Part shown: one piece after another, positions 59,664-64,000 of the stretch | Numbering within the stretch: position 1 is the stretch's first letter | Layout: each line of letters starts with the position of its first letter | Assembly: GCA_024638505.1 (NCBI GenBank) | Contig: JAHEKE010000007.1 | Coordinates: 534-64,533 of the forward strand | Origin: Gammaproteobacteria bacterium | Lineage (GTDB): Bacteria > Pseudomonadota > Gammaproteobacteria > Arenicellales > JAANXG01 | Direction: 5' to 3' | DNA: 64,000 nt | Notes under the pieces: generated by a model | Told to the model about the DNA's origin: nothing | Database searches by the model: none | What the model saw: the letters and a program-made list of their open reading frames with translations, nothing else | Position numbers and translations under genes: made by a program

Positions 59664-60035
59664 CTACATGGTGTGGGTGGGACGGTTGGATTGAAGAGCG
59701 CCGCCGAGAATGGCTTCGATTTTGGTGCGGGCGACATCTTCTTTTGCGCTGAACTGCACGCCAACGCCTGCCGCACGGTTGCCCTGCGCGCCGACCGGGG
59801 TAATCCAGACCACGTTGCCTGCGACGGGTATTTTTTCCTGGTCCTGTAGCAGGGTCAGTAACATGAATACCTCTTCACCTAGCTCGTATGATTTGTTAGT
59901 GGGGACGAATAACCCGCCGCCCCTTAAAAACGGCATATAGGCAGCGTAAAGGGCGCTTTTATCCTTTATGGTTAGAGAGAGAACGGTAGGTCTCGGACCG
60001 CCGTTTTCCAGTTTGACCCCTTGTTCAGCCATCAT
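59664..60035 (-). CDS. pilZ: PilZ-domain protein (type IV pilus assembly PilZ)
   Basis: About 120 aa. LSLTIKDKSALYAAYMPFLRGGGLFVPT. Conserved position after holB. Confidence 0.8.
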   Translation of the reverse strand: MMAEQGVKLENGGPRPTVLSLTIKDKSALYAAYMPFLRGGGLFVPTNKSYELGEEVFMLLTLLQDQEKIPVAGNVVWITPVGAQGNRAAGVGVQFSAKEDVARTKIEAILGGALQSNRPTHTM

Positions 60036-61029
60036 GTTGCATCATCGCATTGAGTTCCAGCAAGAAATCTTCTAATACAAGGTTTTTATCTAGCGGAGCG
60101 CTTGTATCTTGTAAATAAGAACCGACTCTGTCGATTAGGGAAAACACCCTTTTTAAGTGTAGGCGTTTTACTGAACCTTGCAACCAGTTCAGCTGATCCG
60201 GGTTGAATAGATCTGGTGGATTGGCCTGAAAACTGACCCTAACGAGGTCTATCAGTGTGTTTCTTAATATAGGTAGGGACAAGTCTACGCCAAGATCTTT
60301 CCATTTTGCGGCGATGTTCGTGACGTCCACCGGTCCGGCCAGAACGCTCTGAATATCCCGCATTACCTGCGCGCGGTGCCGTAAAAGCCCACTCTGCAGC
60401 ATGCGGGCCGCCAGCAGCGGGGCCCCACCGGCGATACTTAGTGCCAGAGGTAAATCATCACCGACTGCCCCATGCGCCGCCAGCCATTCAAGCGCCTGGG
60501 CGGCCGGAGGTTTTGCAAACTTAACGTGGGAACACCTGCTGCGCAGCGTTGCCGGTAAACCATCCGGGTTGCTGCTCACCAGTATGAAGATGGTGGCAGA
60601 CGGGGGCTCCTCTAAAACCTTCAACAGCGCATTAGTCGCATTGATATTCATGGTATGTGCCGGTGAAATCAGTACTACTTTGTTCGCGCCAGAGGCATAG
60701 GTAATTAAAGCGCTGATCAAAGCCCGAACCTGATCTACCGAAATAACTGATCTCGGCTTAATTCCCTTTCTGCTTAAGTTATAGCGCATGCCGTATCGCT
60801 GCAGCAGATTTCCTTCACCATCCGACTGATCTTCCGGTGTCAGCACGTGAAAATCGGGATGAGAGGCGGCGATGAAATTTCTTGGTTGGCCAAGCAGCTC
60901 CCTGGCATAGTCCAGGGCCAGTTCAACCTTGCCTAAACCCTCTGCACCGATAAACAGCAAGGCATGCGGATTGCGCTCCCGCTCCCGCGTCAGGTTTTGC
61001 CAGATGGCATTATTCCAGGGTGTAACCAA
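60025..61029 (-). CDS. holB: DNA polymerase III subunit delta'
   Basis: HALLFIGAEGLGK, HPDFHVL, LKVLEEPP. TTG start overlapping the tmk end. Confidence 0.85.
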   Translation of the reverse strand: MVTPWNNAIWQNLTRERERNPHALLFIGAEGLGKVELALDYARELLGQPRNFIAASHPDFHVLTPEDQSDGEGNLLQRYGMRYNLSRKGIKPRSVISVDQVRALISALITYASGANKVVLISPAHTMNINATNALLKVLEEPPSATIFILVSSNPDGLPATLRSRCSHVKFAKPPAAQALEWLAAHGAVGDDLPLALSIAGGAPLLAARMLQSGLLRHRAQVMRDIQSVLAGPVDVTNIAAKWKDLGVDLSLPILRNTLIDLVRVSFQANPPDLFNPDQLNWLQGSVKRLHLKRVFSLIDRVGSYLQDTSAPLDKNLVLEDFLLELNAMMQHDG

Positions 61030-61666
61030 GACTTTTTACATAAATATCGAGAATGTGACGAATCTGGCGCTGTACCTGTTCGATTTCGACGGACGCATCG
61101 ACAACATGGACACGATCAGGGTAGTGCTCGGCGAGCGACAGGTAGGTTTTTCGTACCCTGCGCTTGAAGGCAATCTGCTCTTGTTCAAATCTGTCTGGAT
61201 GCTCGGCTGCGCGCCTGCGTGATCGAGCTAAACCGGTGTCGATATCGACGTCCAACAGCAGGGTAAGATCGGGTTTCAGATCTCCTTGTACCAGGTTTTG
61301 CAGGGTTTGTATGTGCTCCATGGGCAGGCCCCTGCCTCCCCCCTGATAGGCAAAAGTGGCATCGGTAAACCGATCGCACAGCACCCAGGTACCGCGATTC
61401 AACGCGGGCACGATCGTCTCCTCCAGATGCTGCGCGCGGGCGGCAAAGATCAGGAGCAGTTCAGCGGTTGCGTCAATTTTGTGCTCGTGCCCATCCAAAA
61501 TCAAGCGCCTTAAGTTTTCCCCCAGCTTGGTTCCACCGGGTTCACGGGTGGACAATACAGCAATGCCATATTGTTCCAGCAGCTCTTGCACATGTGCGAT
61601 ATTAGTTGTTTTGCCTGCACCGTCCTGGCCTTCGACTGTTATAAACTTTCCCCTACTGTTATTCAT
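61010..61666 (-). CDS. tmk: Thymidylate kinase
   Basis: P-loop FITVEGQDGAGKTT and DRF motif. Confidence 0.9.
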   Translation of the reverse strand: MNNSRGKFITVEGQDGAGKTTNIAHVQELLEQYGIAVLSTREPGGTKLGENLRRLILDGHEHKIDATAELLLIFAARAQHLEETIVPALNRGTWVLCDRFTDATFAYQGGGRGLPMEHIQTLQNLVQGDLKPDLTLLLDVDIDTGLARSRRRAAEHPDRFEQEQIAFKRRVRKTYLSLAEHYPDRVHVVDASVEIEQVQRQIRHILDIYVKSLGYTLE

Positions 61667-62690
61667 TTACAGCTTCTGTTTTTGCACTTCGTTTAGCGCC
61701 CAGCTGGTATTTAGCCACCGCTGCATTATGTTCCTCCAATGTATCTGAAAATTCGTGTGAGCCGTCTCCCCGGGATACAAAGTACAGTGCGCTTGTGTCT
61801 GCGGGATTAACGGCGGCTTGAATTGCGAGTTTTCCTGGGTTGGCGATGGGTGTCGGCGGCAGCCCGTATCGCGTGTAAGTGTTGTACGGCGAATCCGTTT
61901 TTAAATGCACTCTGGTTAGGTTGCCATCAAAATTCTGGCCCAAGCCGTATATTACTGTGGGGTCGGTTTGTAATCGCATGTTTTTAGCTAAACGGTTGTG
62001 AAATACGCCGGCAATCATTTCTCTTTCTTCTGGTTTACCCGTCTCTTTTTCAACAATTGAGGCTAGGATCAGGGCTTCATCCACATCCTGCAGCATCAAT
62101 CCTGAGGCTCGGTTTTCCCACGCGTCAGCCAGGATATTCTCCATATTTTTGAAAGCACGACGCAAAACATCGATGTCCGGAGTGCCGGCGGAAAAGAGGT
62201 AAGTATCGGGAAAAAAGCGACCTTCCGGATGCAGTTGTTCAAAACCCAGTTGCGTCATGACTTCCGCATTGGATTTACCGTTCAACGTATGCCGCAGCTT
62301 TGGATGGCGCCTCAGCTGCTCCAGGTATTGCCGGAAGGTCCAGCCTTCGACAAACGTTATGGCGTAGGAAATTACATCACCCTTAACAAACCTTTCCAGC
62401 AGCCTGATAAGGCTGATCCCCGTTTCAATCCGGTATTCTCCGGCTTTGATGGAACCGCTGTATCCGCGCTGGTAACTCCAAAACAAAAAAGCAAATGGAT
62501 TCGGTATGATTTTCTGCTCCACCAATTTATGTGCAACGGCGGAGACACTGTCGCCTGAATCGATCACGAAATGCGGTGAACCGTTAACTGGCTGATGGGC
62601 GCTCCACATGGCGTAACCCAAAGTGACGACGCCGCTTGCCATAATCACAACGCATAGGGCAATCATCAAAGTTCGGGCGCGTGCATTCAT
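61659..62690 (-). CDS. mltG: Endolytic murein transglycosylase
   Basis: YceG-like: N-terminal TM, LASIVEKE, TVIYG, SPYNTY. Confidence 0.9.
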   Translation of the reverse strand: MNARARTLMIALCVVIMASGVVTLGYAMWSAHQPVNGSPHFVIDSGDSVSAVAHKLVEQKIIPNPFAFLFWSYQRGYSGSIKAGEYRIETGISLIRLLERFVKGDVISYAITFVEGWTFRQYLEQLRRHPKLRHTLNGKSNAEVMTQLGFEQLHPEGRFFPDTYLFSAGTPDIDVLRRAFKNMENILADAWENRASGLMLQDVDEALILASIVEKETGKPEEREMIAGVFHNRLAKNMRLQTDPTVIYGLGQNFDGNLTRVHLKTDSPYNTYTRYGLPPTPIANPGKLAIQAAVNPADTSALYFVSRGDGSHEFSDTLEEHNAAVAKYQLGAKRSAKTEAVNE

Positions 62691-62822
62691 GACAGGTCAG
62701 GTCCGTGCTGGCATATAGAGGGATGCCCGCCGCAGAACAGCGGTTTGACACCCACCGGTGGATGGATCGGGTACCGGCGCAGATCGGTACAGATCATGCG
62801 GCTGTTAAATTCAGATATTCTC

Positions 62823-64000
62823 TCAGCTGAATCGCTTGAAAGCGAGTGTTCCGTTTGTACCGCCAAAACCGAAAGAATTGCTCAGAGCGAAATTTATCTG
62901 TGCTGGACGAGCCGAGTTGGCTACGTAGTCCAGGTCGCAATCAGGATCCTGGTCGTGCAGGTTAATTGTGGGCGGCAACGTCTGGTGGTACAGCGCCAGC
63001 ACCGAGTAAACTGCCTCAACTCCTCCCGCGGCACCGAGTAGATGCCCTACCATTGATTTGGTTGAACTCACCGCAAGCTTATATGCGTGATCTTTGAAAC
63101 TGATTTTTATTGCCATGGTTTCCGCTACGTCGCCTTGCGCAGTGGAGGTGCCGTGCGCATTGACATACTCCACCTGCTCTGGATTGATTCTGGCGTTTCT
63201 CAAGCAGTTGTCCATGCAGCGCGCGGCCCCCTCGCCGCCGGGCGACGGACTGGTCATGTGGTAGGCATCGCCGCTCATACCAAACCCGGCCAGTTCGGCG
63301 TATATTCGCGCGCCCCGGGCTTTGGCATGTCCGAGTTCTTCCAATACCAGGACCCCCGCTCCCTCGCCCATGACAAAACCGTCTCGTCCGGTATCCCAGG
63401 GGCGGCTGGCTCCTTGCGGATCGTTGTTGCGCGAGCTCAGCGCTTTGGCATTGGCGAAACCTGCTGTTGCCGTGGGTGTGATCGCGGCTTCCGATCCACC
63501 CGCGAGCATGACGTCAGCGTCGCCGTACTCTATCATGCGACCTGCTTCACCTATGGCGTGGGTGCCGGTTGTGCATGCGGTAACCATTGACAAATTCGGG
63601 CCCTTGAGCCCGTACATGATCGATAGATTGCCCGATATCATATTGATTATGGACATCGGTACATAAAATGGGGAAACCCGACGCGGACCTTTTTCCAGCA
63701 GCGTCCTGGTGGTGTTTTCTATGGTTTCGACGCCGCCGATTCCAGATCCGATGTATACACCGATGCGGTGAGCGTTGTCTTCGGTTGCGGTCAATCCAGA
63801 ATCTCTAAAAGCATCCATCCCTGCAGCCATCCCGAGCTGAATGAACCGATCCATCTTGCGGGCTTCTTTTGACGATAAGTAATCTTGAGCTTTAAAGTCG
63901 TCCGCTTGTCCCGCTATCGTGCAGGCGAAGCCCGTTGGGTCAAAGTGACTGATTGTTGTGATGCCGCTTTTACCCGCGCGGATGTTCTGCCAGTTTTGCT
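62823..64000 (-). CDS. fabF: 3-oxoacyl-ACP synthase II (5' end beyond the window)
   Basis: Active-site VTACTTGTH, NAHGTSTAQGD, SSTKSMVGHLLGAAG. The frame stays open to base 64000 (hand-translated WQNIRAGKSGITTISHFDP...). Confidence 0.9.
   Translation of the reverse strand, partial: QNWQNIRAGKSGITTISHFDPTGFACTIAGQADDFKAQDYLSSKEARKMDRFIQLGMAAGMDAFRDSGLTATEDNAHRIGVYIGSGIGGVETIENTTRTLLEKGPRRVSPFYVPMSIINMISGNLSIMYGLKGPNLSMVTACTTGTHAIGEAGRMIEYGDADVMLAGGSEAAITPTATAGFANAKALSSRNNDPQGASRPWDTGRDGFVMGEGAGVLVLEELGHAKARGARIYAELAGFGMSGDAYHMTSPSPGGEGAARCMDNCLRNARINPEQVEYVNAHGTSTAQGDVAETMAIKISFKDHAYKLAVSSTKSMVGHLLGAAGGVEAVYSVLALYHQTLPPTINLHDQDPDCDLDYVANSARPAQINFALSNSFGFGGTNGTLAFKRFS

Noticed and set aside
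1-64000. Search for CRISPR arrays, IS elements or transposases, integrases, prophage genes, tRNA or rRNA genes and defence-system hallmarks
   Set aside because: I saw no regularly spaced direct repeats, no transposase, integrase or phage-like ORFs in the track, and no tRNA-like sequences in the intergenic regions I read. The XRE regulator and PLD-family gene are isolated and are not part of a recognisable defence operon.

Overview
The window reads as a chromosomal segment from a moderately GC-rich, Gammaproteobacteria-like respiratory heterotroph. That assignment is by eye, from the housekeeping run fabF-mltG-tmk-holB-pilZ-tatD and a full cbb3 oxidase locus. I support about 63 protein-coding genes. 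I recognised no rRNA, tRNA, CRISPR array, transposase or integrase. Blocks from left to right: (1) serA plus a divergent CoA-transferase / enoyl-reductase-like / 2OG-oxygenase / FAD-oxidase group of unknown substrate. (2) A protocatechuate branch of the beta-ketoadipate pathway, pcaD-pcaC-pcaH-pcaG-pobA-pcaB. (3) A glycine-betaine-type ABC importer, proX-proV and a fused double proW. (4) ilvE, an SDR and small redox proteins. (5) A tightly overlapping trehalose operon, otsB-GH15-otsA-glk. (6) A translationally coupled Rieske oxygenase and glutamine-synthetase-like ligase. (7) An orphan TupA-like tungstate-binding protein, a ModE-HTH/PBP regulator and a dimethylglycine-dehydrogenase-like enzyme. 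(8) A long minus-strand run, msrP-msrQ, tungsten-type aldehyde:ferredoxin oxidoreductase, CBS protein, alginate-export-type porin and nnrS. (9) A gene-poor stretch with three paralogous arginine-rich small ORFs, an XRE regulator and a K+ channel. (10) fumC and a small PLD-family protein. (11) Yip1-ccoNOQP-ccoGH and a DsbD_2/TauE-like gene, facing an inverted ccoI-ccoS. (12) usp, a proline-racemase-family gene and the housekeeping run. Perfect FNR/Anr-type boxes (TTGAT-N4-ATCAA) lie upstream of the cco and usp units, and a TTGAC-N4-GTCAA box lies upstream of the CBS-porin-nnrS unit. The most unusual items are the arginine-rich small-ORF family, the Rieske/GS-like pair, and the tungsten-related genes (tupA-like, regulator, aor) with shared AT-rich palindromes. 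Two short genes missing from the ORF track (ccoQ and ccoS) were recovered by hand translation.
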